DNA of 64,000 nt, from positions 1,143,566 through 1,207,565 of the forward strand of contig BCKZ01000004.1 of the NCBI GenBank assembly GCA_001600815.1, in the 5' to 3' direction. A program made the position numbers and the translations under genes. Under the pieces are notes generated by a model. The model saw only the letters and a list, made by a program, of their open reading frames with translations. It was not told where the DNA came from and ran no database searches. The stretch comes from Alloascoidea hylecoeti (taxonomy: Eukaryota). This document shows, piece after piece, positions 22,822 through 35,464 of the stretch (its first letter is position 1; the number at the start of each line of letters is the position of its first letter).

Positions 22822-25316
22822 TTAATAACATTGGTAGAATTACTTCTTTAAATCGTCATTCAATGATTGATACATTTAATTCATCATCAACAAGTAATCA
22901 TAAAAATGCAGAATTTGATTCAATTAATGATCATAATTCATCAAATTCAATATCGGTTTCAAACTCAATTTCAAATTCCAACTCAAATTCAAATTCTATT
23001 TCAATTTCAAATTCTGGTATTCAATTACAATTAGAAAATTTAAAACAACAAAATTCAAATATTAGTATGCATAGTAAAGATTTACAACCATCATTATTTC
23101 ATAATCCAAATATTCAACACGTATTTGAACATGAAAATTCATCAAATTCATATATTTCTACAACAACTCCATTATTAAATTTAAATAACAACACATCAAA
23201 TAATGATAATGATTCACTAAAAAATTATAATAATAATAATAATAATTCAAATAATAATAACAATACCAATAATTCAAATAATAATATGAACAATGATATT
23301 AATGGTCAAGAAGGAAGTTTTAATCTATATAAAAAATTAAAATTACCAGAAATTCCAGATTCATTAGTTTTAAATAATGAGAATTTTATAATGAATTTAC
23401 AAGATTTAAAAAAAAATAAAAATAATGATACAATTAATGGGAAATTTAAATTATCTGAATTAACAAATGAACAAAAATTATTATCATTAAAAAATGAAAG
23501 AAGAAATTCATTTGTTTCAATTAATAATAATAATAATAATTTGAATAATTATAATAATTTTAATATTAATCGTGAAAATCAGTTTCAACAACAACAATTT
23601 CAAAATGATAATGATGATAATAATGAGAATTTTATATCTTCAAATCCAACTTTTGATAATTATAATAAAGCAATGTATTATAAATATAATCCATCATTAA
23701 TTTCAAAATATCCTCATAGTCATAAATATTCAACATCAAGTTCAACATATAATTCAAGAAATTCAAGAAATTCAAATAATACAATTTTAATTAATGAAAA
23801 TAGAGATCGTTTACGTGGTAATAGTATTACAACAACATCAGATCCATTAATCTTAGCATTAAGTGAATCTGCAATTACAAATACTGGTGGTACAGGGAAT
23901 AATTTTGGTAGATTAACACAACATGCCAATATTCCAATTTCTGAAGAATTTAGTATTGATAATTCAAGTTCTTTAAGGAAATCATCATCAATTTCAAGAT
24001 CTAGAGCATCATCAATTAAAACTGTATTATCTAAAGAAACTGGAAATACAATGCCATTACGATTGTATAATGAAAATAGATTAAATGTTTCAAATATCAA
24101 TAATAATAATAATAATAACAATAATAATAAAATTGATAATGTTATTGATAATAAAGGAGATAAAAAATTGAATATGAATATGAATATGAATACAAGAAGT
24201 AATAAACCATTATCACATACTTTTGAATTACAAAATAGAAGAATGATTTCTGGTATTGTTCCATCACCTGTTAAAGAATTAGCTTTTGAACCTGATTCTC
24301 CAATTGATACAAGAAAACCCAATAAACCACGTAATTCATCAATGTTATCAAATTCAATTGATACTAATGTTGAGAAAAAGCAACAACAACAAACACATTC
24401 AATTTTAAAGAAAAAACAAGATATTTTAGATGAAAAAGATGAAGTTTCTAGTATTTATACTTTAGGTAATAATAATAGTTCAAAATCAGTTCATAAAAGA
24501 AGTTCATTTTTTGAAAAATTGTTACCAAAAAGACAACAACAACAACAACAGCAAACTATACCAATTAGGAATAATTTACAAAGAAATAGTGTTAATGTTC
24601 CATCTTTAAAAAGAACTAGTCTTGAAATACCTTCAAGATTAAGACATGAAACTATTAATTTACCATCACCTATTGTTGAGACTTCTTTTAATACTAATAA
24701 CACTGCTACTACGAATAATAATAAGAATAAGAATAATAATAGTGGTGGTAGTAATAAGGGAGCTTTAGTTCCTAGTAATAAAAAAGTTCAACCGAATAGT
24801 ATTGTTAATGTTTCTACAAAAGCTATTGTTAAATCAACACCAAATAAAGAAAATGAAAGTCAAAATGAAATTGAAAATAAACAAATTACGAGACAAAAAC
24901 CAATAATTAATAATCATACATCAAGTGTAATAGCATCAGCAACAAATAAAATCCCACATCAAAGTTGGTTTTCAAAATTAATTAATATAACAAATGAAAC
25001 AAAAACTTTAAAAACAATAATTGTTAAAAAATCACCAAATTTAATGAAAGAAAAATTAATAATTTTATTAAAAGATTGGGAAAAATTTGGTATAAATGAT
25101 ATTTTTATAAAACCATATGAAAATTTTATAACTGGTACAATATCAAAAAAAAATGTTTTAGATTTTAAATCAATGAAATTTCAAATTATTATAAATTCTT
25201 ATAGAAATGATGATAATAGTATGGTTATTATTTCAAGAGTTAAAGGATCAAGTAAATCTTTTAATAGATTTGTTGAAGAAATTAAAAAAACTTTTGTTGA
25301 AAAAGGATTTGTTTGA
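19896..25316 (+). CDS. Nim1-family septin-associated Ser/Thr kinase (Gin4/Hsl1/Kcc4-like) with a C-terminal KA1-like domain
   Basis: TIGPWRLGRTLGRG, PYGIEREIIIMKL, HRDLKPEN, DFG and LETSCGSPHYAAPE, then a long N/S-rich linker and a basic C-terminal domain. First ATG is at 19896. Gin4 versus Hsl1 cannot be resolved by eye. Confidence 0.92.
21693..21782 (+). repeat. Coding 9-bp minisatellite (AATAATCAA)x3 then (AATGTTCAA)x7, encoding (NNQ)3(NVQ)7
   Basis: Read directly inside the kinase ORF. Confidence 0.9.
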
Positions 25317-26499
25317 ATCCTTTTTTTTTTTTCTTCTGAATTTTTTTTTTTTTTTTTTTTTGGTATTAATTTATTTGTATTGATTTTATTTGTACTAATT
25401 TCTCTTTTCTATTAATTTTCTTTTCATTAATTTTATTCCTACTAATTTTATTTGTATCAAATTGAGATTTGTATTGATTTATAATTTTTTTTATTTTTTT
25501 ATTTTTTTATTGAAATGTCGGTCGGATACAAATATAGTTGGAAAGGTTTGTTTTTTTTATTTTTATTTTTATTTTTTTTCATATGAATTCGATTCTTAAG
25601 ATGAAGTTATGGGTAGAAGTTGTTACTTTATTTTGTTTCTTGCTTGCTTGTTGGCTTATTTGTTTTAAGATTTTCGCAGGTTTTTGATTTCTGTATTATT
25701 TTATTACTATTTATTTCAAATTTCTTTTATTGTTGGCCATGGGACATTCCATCATTGATTAACCTTGCTATAACTATACCTATATTTATTTATTTATCTT
25801 TTATTTTTGATTTGTTTTACCCCTACATTTTTTATTGTTTATATTATTAATTATTATTACTATTATTGTGCTTTTTCATATGCCTATAAAAACTACATAT
25901 ATTTATAATATCATAAGCAATTACACGTATAATTGCAAAATATTTCTATCCTTATTTCCATTTCTCCTCTCGCTTATTCAATTATTTCGATTTTTATTAT
26001 ATTAATTAAATCTGTATTTCATACAAATTTATAATGTTCATTAAACGCTGAATACACTTTTTAATAAATGGTATATTGGTGGTACACATCCTGAGTTGAT
26101 GTAAATGAAAAGAAGGTTATGGGTGATTTGCTGAACCATGGTCTATTGTTGCTACTGTACAAGAAGTTACGATATCTAATTTGGAATTGATAAAACTTAG
26201 TTAAGTGATAGAAATATCATGTTTTCTACTTTCATGACTAATTAAAGACGATGTTAAGAACCTCCTTCTTTACGACATATTATACCCAATGAGAAACACC
26301 AAAGACTTCTAAAATCTATGAAAAATAACTACCTGATTCTCACGTGTCTCATTGAAGATACTTACATTCTATGTAGAAAATCCAGCTATTCTTACGAATA
26401 CATATTACGCATCCTGTCTATTTAGCTATTTACCCTGGAGAAAAAAAGTCTCTTATTAATTTCAAACATTCAAAATTATTGCCATTAATTAGATTTTAA

Positions 26500-27440
26500 A
26501 TTTCTCCTTTTCTTATTAAATGATAATCATTTCTTGTTGTTGATGTTGATGAATTTAACCAACTTTACTCGTCCGGAAGTTAGCGATCTCAGAACTCACC
26601 TTAAATCATCGTTCACATCAATAATACATGTAGAACCCGTTGAAACAAAGTAACTTTATTTACTTTTCAAGTTGCTGATCTCTGATTTAAATGCATATTA
26701 GGAATTGAATGGTGACTTGAACTAAGATAATATCTTAATAAAAATTGACTAGTTGTTTTTCCTGAACAATGAACTTCTCTTGTTTTATAATTCGATTAAC
26801 AATATATTCAAAAGAATTCGAACCTATTATTTCATTAGCAGCTGGTGATGTCGATATTACATTATAAGTTATACCAGGAGTTAAAAATGAACAATAATCA
26901 ATTGTATTAATATCAAAATCTGTATTTAATTTTTTTTCAAAATAAATTAATTTCCTTTTAATTTGAAACCCATTTAATAGAATTTCTAAATGTTTTTCCC
27001 TTTTCCTTGAATTTAAATCATCATCATTATCAACTTTATTACAAATATTATGATGTAGATCTAATCATTAAGGATATTATCAAGAATATCATCAGTTTCA
27101 GTTCTTTCTTGGCCAAGTGCTCTTGAACCAATATTTTCTGTAGCAAAATTTATTTAAATTAAATCATTTTTACTATTATTAATAGTAAATTTTAAATGAA
27201 TTGTTTGATTAGTGACTGCATCAGAACTTGAGATTGAAACATCACTAATTTCACTACGCATACTCATTTAAATTATCTAGTAAACTTATACCTCTATTAT
27301 TATTGGCAATACTGGAAAAATTACTATTATTCATATTAGCAACAATGTCATTAATTAGATATGAATTGGTATAATCATTTGAAGATTGAGAATTAGGTAA
27401 TCTTGACCATCCGGCCCTCTACCTCTGATGCTCTCAAAGA
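26500..27440 (-). pseudogene. Decayed gene copy, possibly Gid4/Vid24 (Vac_ImportDeg)-like; inverted paralog of 27800..28811
   Basis: Its reverse complement shares long blocks with 27800..28680, e.g. CATTTTTAACTCCTGGTATAA and ACAACTAGTCAATTTTTATTAAGATATTATCTTAGTTCAAG. It reads INTIDYCSFLTPGITYN and has multiple stops and frameshifts. Confidence 0.55.
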
Positions 27441-27799
27441 ATTCTGGCTGATCGGGCAATTGGAAGTGGAAAAAATTAGAGAAGAAAAAAAAAAATTGAA
27501 CAAAGATTATCAGAATAATATGATTGATTAGATTTTGATGATAGTATTTATAGTGAGTATTAATGAGTCACTACGTTACCGGTTGTGTAAATCATGGCCG
27601 CAACAGAACAATGTAGTGAGCCTAGTGACATCGCAGTATGCATAACGCATCCAAGTTCTATGCAGTCGATGCTATAGGCAATTATGAATAAGAATAGTCT
27701 TCGTTGCTTAAAACCGTGCTGACATTTTTGGAATTGCTCTGGGGAAAAAATAGAACAAAACCACACCAGTCAAGAACAACGGTTCAGCTAGAACTAATC

Positions 27800-28811
27800 A
27801 AGAGCATCAGATGCAAAGGGTGGGACTTAGTTTGAGACGATATATTTATCAAGATCATCTTCTACTATTTTATTCAGAAATAACGAAGGTCAATCTAATG
27901 ACATTGTTGCTGATATGAATAATAATAATAATAACAATAATAATAGCAGCAATAATAAAATGAATGACGATTGTTATATAATTCCAAGAAATAATGGTTT
28001 TAGCTTAATAAATCCGGACCAAGAAGATCTTTTAAATGAATTCGGATTTCATAAAATTATATCTACTTCTGATAACGTTGATAATGAGGATGATTTAAAT
28101 TTAAGGAAAAGTGGGAAAAGATTTAAAAGATTTATTAAATTTTCAGCTTCAACAGGAACAAATAAATTTCAAATCATAATTTTCCAAATTAGTTTCAATT
28201 TCCGAGGATTTATTTTTGATAGCTTCTTTAAATTCCAACATATCACAATCAATTCATTATTAAAAGGAATTAAATTCAATTTTTACTATTAATACAGTTG
28301 ATTTTCGTTCATTTTTAACTCCTGGTATAATTTATAATGGAATATCAACCACCTGGAGTTCAGATTCTCTTAAATTTACCTTTAATCAAATTAATTATAA
28401 AATAAGAGAAGTTCATTGCCCAGAAAAAACAACTAGTCAATTTTTATTAAGATATTATCTTAGTTCAAGAAAATCAAGTCATCAATTAATTCCTAATATG
28501 CATTTTAATCAGAGATCAACAACATTAAAAGAAAATAAAGTTACTTTGTTTTAACTGGTTCAATTATTGATTTGGTAAATGATGATTTAAGATGGAATAG
28601 TTCAAAAGAACTGAGTTTAAATTCAAATTTATCACCAACAACAATAAGAAGCACTAGTGATTATTATTCTAAAACAGGAGAAAAGGATGGTATTGACTTG
28701 ACATCGGCACAGATTGAAGTATGGAAACATGTTGAACCTTTCAATCAATATAAAGATACAAAAATAATGATTGATGATTTAGCAAATCCTTCAAAAATTG
28801 AAAGAAATTAA
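27800..28811 (+). pseudogene. Decayed gene copy, possibly Gid4/Vid24 (Vac_ImportDeg)-like
   Basis: Fragments SFLTPGIIYNG and TGSIIDLVNDDLRW...QIEVWKHVEPFNQY resemble the SFLxPG and GEIID...WxKxxPF motifs of the family. It is broken into track ORFs 27915..28292 and 28572..28811. Confidence 0.55.
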
Positions 28812-29013
28812 ATTACGCGCTGTGCATTAATCCAATGCAGAATAAAAGCTAGAAGGATCCAATCCATTTTCTTATAAGAGGAATTCATCGGAGAGGTCAA
28901 TTTTAAAGTCTCCACGAAACCGCTCCTGCCACTGAACAACTGAATGATAGAACGATAATGGCAGGAAGGTAAACAGCCTTCAATGAAGGTCACTCAGACA
29001 AAACAGCTTAAAT

Positions 29014-29041
29014 GGGGGGGGGGGGGGGGGGGGGGGGGGGG
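29014..29041 (+). repeat. Poly(G) tract, 28 nt
   Basis: Read directly from the sequence. Confidence 0.9.
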
Positions 29042-29549
29042 AGGACCTCAAAACAAGTTGAGAGAGTGGATACGTATAATGTTAAGTAGAATCTACAATA
29101 TCTAGTTTTCAAATAAAATTGCGGTGAAATTTTTGGTTGGCTGGTTTAAAAGATGTACTGTCTCCACTCAGTAGAAGCCACTCTGATCTTGTTAGGTTCT
29201 AAGATTTTAGATATTTGAAAATGTTAACAAATATTTTATTTCATTTTAGGATTGATTCACACGGTTATAGATACCAAAAACACTATACACCTAGTAGCTT
29301 AAGTTTTATAATTATTAATATGTAGAATGAATCGATTAACTTTGAATAAACGTTAACACGTTAATAATTTTGTAATATAACACAGATTTAGGTATAATAA
29401 TATATTGAAGACTACCTAGTACCCAATACAGTAAAAAATGTATAATAAATTATAAGTTATATTTTAGGAAAGGAAGTCGTTGAATGTGTATATTTGTATT
29501 TGTAATTAATATATGGTTGCTTTTAATTTGTAATTAATTTCAATACTAA

Positions 29550-30213
29550 TCAATTAATGAAATGGAAAACAATAAAGTGAAGCAATAAGCTTGCAAATAT
29601 ATAATCAGAAATTGCACTAAAGAAAAGAAAAGAAAAGAAAAGAAAAAAAGTTAGTAAATTATTAACATATTGATATCAATATTATCAATTTTTTAAAATT
29701 TGAATAACTTACCGTTCTGGTGAAACTGCAGTGAAAACCTTATCATTTTGAGGATTCGATTGTAATCGTAAAGAAACTAAAATAGAATAATAAAAATCAA
29801 AGAGTTAATATAAGCTCATGATCATTTAATAGGGTCTGAAAAGCAAGGAACATACCAGTTAAAACAAATTGACCAACAGTAGATATGAATCCAGCAAGGA
29901 AGGCATTGAATGGCTATTATTGAATGATTAGTACTAAGTCCACGTTGGATATAACTGTGGTTTAATCACTTACAAAGTCACCAAATATAACAGCGAAAAC
30001 AAATTGAATGATACCCATAGCCACCAAAGCAACTAGGAAAATATCAATCAATTGATTCTTTGGAGTAGCATGTCCCAAGAAGTTATTCCATATATCCTTG
30101 AAAAGAGTTAAAAATTCAACACCATCTCCAATTGCAGAAGAGTTTCCAGAACTCCCAGACGAAGAAGAAGTCACATTCTTCGCAATTTGTTTTATCGAAT
30201 CCTTCTTTGCCAT
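29550..30213 (-). CDS. OST2: Oligosaccharyltransferase subunit Ost2/DAD1; exons 30213..29974, 29913..29856, 29776..29713, 29616..29550
   Basis: Three introns (60, 79 and 96 nt; GTAAGT/GTATGT donors, TAG acceptors) give a 142-aa frame: LIDIFLV...[28 protein letters not shown]...[25 protein letters not shown]. Confidence 0.95.
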
Positions 30214-30384
30214 TTTATATATAAGAAGAAGAAAGTTGACTTTTGTATAATAAGAAGGTTGACACGTAAAGAGGAAAAAACAGGTGTTGGGATTTATCCG
30301 TGTCATGTGACTATTTTTACATATTCCCACTCTTTATTTTCTTCGAATTCTATTTTGTATTTCTCATCTTCATTGAAATTGAAT

Positions 30385-31032
30385 ATGGATATAGCAGGTT
30401 ATAAGATTGTCAAAAATGATCAGCAAGTGAAAAATAACACAGATACAAAGGATACAACACCAGAAACGATAGTTTCGACTAAAAGTCATAACAAGAAATC
30501 TACATTATCACGACGATTAATTCAAAGGATTGTTCCACCATTAAATTTTTGTCCTGTTGAAAGACAATTATATCGATCTGGATTACCAGCACCTGTTAAC
30601 TTCCCATTTTTAAAACAATTAAATTTGAAAACTATATTATGGTTGGCATCTGAGGATCCAAGTGATAGTTTTCTTAATTTCGGTGATGAGCATGATATAA
30701 GTTTCCATTTTTTGGGTGTTAATGCCGATGGAGTAGGAAATCCATGGGATGGTTTATCAGAGAATAACATCACACAAGCATTAAATATAATTGGAGATAA
30801 AGAAAGTTATCCATTATTAGTTTGTTGTGGTATGGGACGTCATAGAACAGGAACCGTTATCGGATGTCTTCGAAGACTTCAAGGATGGAATTTGGCAAGT
30901 GTATCTGAGGAATACCGACGTTTTGCGGGCTCAAGAGGTGGGAGAGTCTTGGTTGAATTGATCATTGAGGCATTTGACACAAGCCTTGTGACGATTGATC
31001 CTAAGAAGGCCCCAAGCTGGCTCATCCGGTGA
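30385..31032 (+). CDS. OCA1: Siw14/Oca-family tyrosine phosphatase-like protein
   Basis: [42 protein letters not shown] and [13 protein letters not shown]. First ATG is at 30385. Confidence 0.93.
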   Translation: MDIAGYKIVKNDQQVKNNTDTKDTTPETIVSTKSHNKKSTLSRRLIQRIVPPLNFCPVERQLYRSGLPAPVNFPFLKQLNLKTILWLASEDPSDSFLNFGDEHDISFHFLGVNADGVGNPWDGLSENNITQALNIIGDKESYPLLVCCGMGRHRTGTVIGCLRRLQGWNLASVSEEYRRFAGSRGGRVLVELIIEAFDTSLVTIDPKKAPSWLIR

Positions 31033-31967
31033 TGTCCAGATGCTATTTTTTTTTTCCAATTTTAATTTTAATTTTTAATTTTTAATTTTTAATTTTGCAT
31101 TATCAATGATCTGAAAAGGAGAAAAAAATATTTGTGTTATTGTTCTTGTTTATAACTATTTTACTGTTGGTGGATTTACATCAACCCATTAAAAGATTAA
31201 TACTATTAACTACGATTAATGTTAATTATGTATATGATGCATTGATATAATTTATTGTTTTTTTCCCTCTTGATTCCCTTTCCGTTTATCATCAATGACA
31301 ATGCCATCTTTGAAAATGACTATCTCTCCCGTACTCTTTTTATTTGTTCTATCTGAAGTTTATTACAGCTTTTTTTGTATTGCTTAATTTATGATTAAGC
31401 CCTGATGATTATATAATATTAATAGTTAACCAACTTAATCGTATACGTATTAATACTTTCATATGCATTATCATGATCAATTTTGTATTTTTTTTCCTTT
31501 CACTTTTCCATTTGAAAATTACTTGTTTTGCCTTAAATTCATGATTTATGATGATTTTTTAATCCTTTTTGTCTTTTGGTTTTGTGTTTGTCCTTTTTGG
31601 TTTTGTGTTTTGTGTTTTGTGTTTGTTTTATCCAAGTTGTGTGAAGTTCCCTTCAAACCTTATTCTTGTATCAATAGATGAAACATTAAAGAAAAATTGA
31701 GTTTACATGTTAAATTTTGTTTCGAATTTTCATTAAAATATCTTTACTATGCATTTATAGATACCTAGTGTTATCAATAAAATAATGACAAATCAATTAG
31801 TGTGTATAAGAACAATAATAGGATGGTTTTGAGAGAGTTCCGATTATGGATGATGGGATGGAAAAAATCTCATTTTTATACATATATATAGAGATAATAT
31901 CTTCGAATTCTCTTCTTTTTTCTTTATACTATTTATATTATCTCTATCATATACAAATATATACCAC

Positions 31968-34042
31968 ATGTCGCGTATGATCCCTCTAGTTAGGTATATA
32001 ACAAGTTCATCAAATTCAGAAGCATCATCTCTTTATGAGAATAGTAATGAGCATGATAATATGACACTTCATTCAAGTGGTACTAGTGAATCAAATTCTG
32101 ATTCTGCTTTTACAATCGGTACTACAACAGCTGCCGGTCATGGAGGTCATCATAATTATGATGAAAAATTAGTGAGGTATTATACCAATAAGTTTGATCC
32201 TGATGAATATTACAAACGAAATTTACCAATGAATCAAATCTCTCGTGGTAATTTAAATGGTAATAATCATGGGAAGTTTAGTAAACAACAATTATATTAT
32301 ATTCGAGATATTGAAAAATTAGTTTCGGGGCCTTATCCTGAAATGGAGATGGATACTGATTTTGGATCTAGTTCCAACTCATATGATAATTATAATGAAG
32401 AAGAAATTAGGTCAATAATATCTGATAGTTCAGAATCAGATTTAGAATCAGATTTAGGTATGTTATAATCAATATTATCTTATGATTATAAATTATAAAA
32501 CTAACTATTATTATTATTATTCGAATTTTAGAAGCTCCATCTTCAATCCCAAATGAATTTCACTTTTATCGTTCATTAAAAGAATTAATTCAAACAGAAG
32601 AAAGTTTTAAAAATGATTTATCATTATGTTTAAGTGTTTATAAAAAACTACTATTAACATGTAATCAATATAAAAACATTTTATCAAATATTGAAATTGA
32701 TTTAATATTTTCAAATTTAGCACCATTAATTGATGTTATTGAAACTTTTTTAATTGAGATTAAAAGTAGATTATCATCATATTCAAATCCAATTCAATTA
32801 GATTTAAAAGAAGAAACAAATCAAGATATAAATAGTTTTAAAAATAAAAAATATATTAATAGGAAAAACAAAGTTGAAATAATTATTAATGATAAACAGG
32901 ATTATGGATTTCCAAGTTTATTTTTACAATATATTAATAATTTTGAAAATTTTTATGAAATTTATTGTCAAAAGCATGTTTTTCAAATGACAACACTTCA
33001 AAAAGTAATAAGATTTAATGGACCGATGATTCATAAATGGCTTAATGAAGCAAATTTTTATATTCGAAGTAAAACAGATTCGTGGTCTTTAGAATCATTA
33101 TTAATTAAACCAATTCAAAGAATGCTTAAATATAAATTATTAATTGAAAAAATGTATAATAATTGTGATGAAATTTGTTCAAGTGATGGGAAAGAAATAT
33201 TAAAAGAAATAATTGAAAAATTAGATATCTTTACAATGAGAGTTAACCATACACTTTCAATTGGAAACCCAAATAATAATGAACATGATGAATATGAAAC
33301 CAGAAATGGTAATGGTAAACTGTTAAAGAAATTATTTCACCAAAGTAATCTAGAATATGTTAATTTAACAACACAATTTAAAAATCGACACAAACATTTA
33401 TTACATATTAAAACTTCAATGAAATCATCATTAGAAAGTTATTCAAACTCAACCAATTTATTATCAAATTTAAGTGATATATGGAATACATACTTTAAAG
33501 ATGTTGAAATTTCAGAATTTAATGGATTGAAAAAACCAATTAAAAATAATAGATTAACTCATGCATTTTTCAATAAAGTTAATAATACAACATTAAATGA
33601 AGCATTAAAAAGACTAAAAGCTACTATGAAAATGAAAGTGTTTAAACCTTTAGATAAAATAATGGAATTAACAGAAGGTCCTACAAAATTAATTCAAAAA
33701 CATAAAAAGTATCGTTCGTTATACCATGATTATATTAAGCATGGTACTAAAAATAGTAGCAGTTATAGTGATCAGGATCTAAGTCTTGTTCAAGAATATA
33801 TATGTATTGAAAATATGCTAAAGAATGAATTATCAACACTAATAGAATATCTTGATCAGTTGGTGATCAATTTATTGGGAGTTTATACAAAAGTTTCTAC
33901 ATCTTGGTTGCTTTATTTTGCGGGGGAGATGTTGGTTTCTACGCCATATGAGAGGATAATAGACGGATACTATAAAAGGAAAGGTTATATTCGAACACAA
34001 TTACATTTATATCCATTTGGCAGAAGGTTATTAAATAACTAG
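31968..34042 (+). CDS. Dbl-homology RhoGEF with a helical (BAR-like) C-terminal region, Fus2/Gef1-like; exons 31968..32457 and 32532..34042
   Basis: Intron 32458..32531 (GTATGT...AACTAAC...TAG) fuses two track ORFs in frame. DH motifs LKELIQTEESFKNDL, IFSNL and LESLLIKPIQRMLKYKLL are present. Confidence 0.8.
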
Positions 34043-34433
34043 TTAAAATAGTTGTCCACCATTATGTGCAAATCAAACACAGATGTAAACGTAATTAACG
34101 TTATTACAATACATACTTATAATAAAAACATGTAACTAATTACATAACAAGAATAAACATGTATTGAAAATAAGCTAAAGAATAGGTTATCAACACTAAT
34201 TTAATTGAAGGAATATTAATCGAATAACTTCATAAATCGATGTTTCGTATTAGCTATTGCTTAGTTCTTCATTTAGTGTTGGGGAAATCTAATTTTAATT
34301 TTCCATTTATTAATTTGGTAACCAAAAATATATTTTCATGAAAACAAAACAACAATAAAAAAATAAAAAGAAGAACCTCGCTTAAGGATATTTAATAGTA
34401 AAACCAATTAAGTTGCTAAAAACATATATCTAA

Positions 34434-35343
34434 ATGGAAGCTGTTGATTTCAATGAGTCAGATTACATTCCGATGATTGATGTGAGTATTAGATACATGC
34501 TATTTTATATTTTATAGGTATTAAAGAAAGAGTACGTACTAACCCCCTCAACCTTTAATTGCTTAAAGGCCATTCTAAGTGTATCTAATCTGGAAATAGT
34601 CACAGTAAAGAGAATAAGAAATGCTATACAAGATTTGTTCGGTGTTGATTTAACTCCACATAAGGTATGTCTATGACGGAATATTGATTTGATAAATGTC
34701 CCGGTACTAATTATGATTAAAGGTGACAATGAATGACCTGGTGATGGCACGGCTACGGTTGCTGCTGGCGAAAAGGAAGGGGCAAAAAGACGAGGCTCTT
34801 ACAGCAGGTGAAGAATCAGACGAAGACGAAGACGAAGACGAAGAAGTGGTTCAGATACCAGTGAAAGCTAAAAGTAAGCGTCCACGAACACCATCTAAGA
34901 GCACGACGACAAGCAGGAACAGCCCCCAAACGAAGGATCCCACGGCGGAGGATGGGGCATTGGCAGCTCGACTGCAAGCAGAGCTGAATGGCCATAATCT
35001 ACGACGACCCAAGAGAGCCAAGACCAAGCGGACGCGAAAAACCGTCAAATCGGAGGGGGGCGAGGGGGACGGAGTGGTGAAGAAGCGGGAAACTGCGCTG
35101 ACGAAGCCCGTGAAGATGTCACAGGAGCTGTCTGAGTTTCTGGGCAACAGCAGTGGAATGCTCCCACGGACGCAAATCGTGAAGGAGGTGTGGGTTTACA
35201 TTAAGCAACATGAACTGCAGAATCCCCAGGACCGACGGGAGGTTCTGTGCGATGAGCGAATGGAAAAGGTGTTTGGTCCCAAAACCACCATTTTCGGGCT
35301 GAACAAGGTCATTTCGAAACATGTCTATCGTCCGGATGAATAA
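34434..35343 (+). CDS. UAF30: DEK-C plus SWIB domain protein (Uaf30/Tri1/Spp27-like); exons 34434..34481, 34569..34664, 34723..35343
   Basis: Two phase-0 introns (GTGAGT...TACTAAC...AAG and GTATGT...TACTAAT...AAG) give YIPMID|AILSVSNLEIVTVKRIRNAIQDLFGVDLTPHK. The SWIB motif is LSEFLG...PRTQIVKEVWVYIKQHELQNPQDRREVLCDE. Confidence 0.88.
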
Positions 35344-35464
35344 TTTATATTGTTTAGTTTATTATGTCAGGCGTGATTACAGTAGCATAACATAACCTCC
35401 TTTCCTCGCCCATATCAATCTATTTATATATAACACACCTCCTGAATTCTTACTTATATGTGTA

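Noticed and set aside
20668..24703. Antisense short ORFs within the kinase (and similar ones within other long genes)
   Set aside because: Shadow frames of low-complexity coding repeats with no independent motifs.
11129..35343. Alternative CUG decoding (Ser or Ala)
   Set aside because: CTG codons fall at conserved Leu positions in Ras, the kinase and Uaf30, supporting standard decoding.
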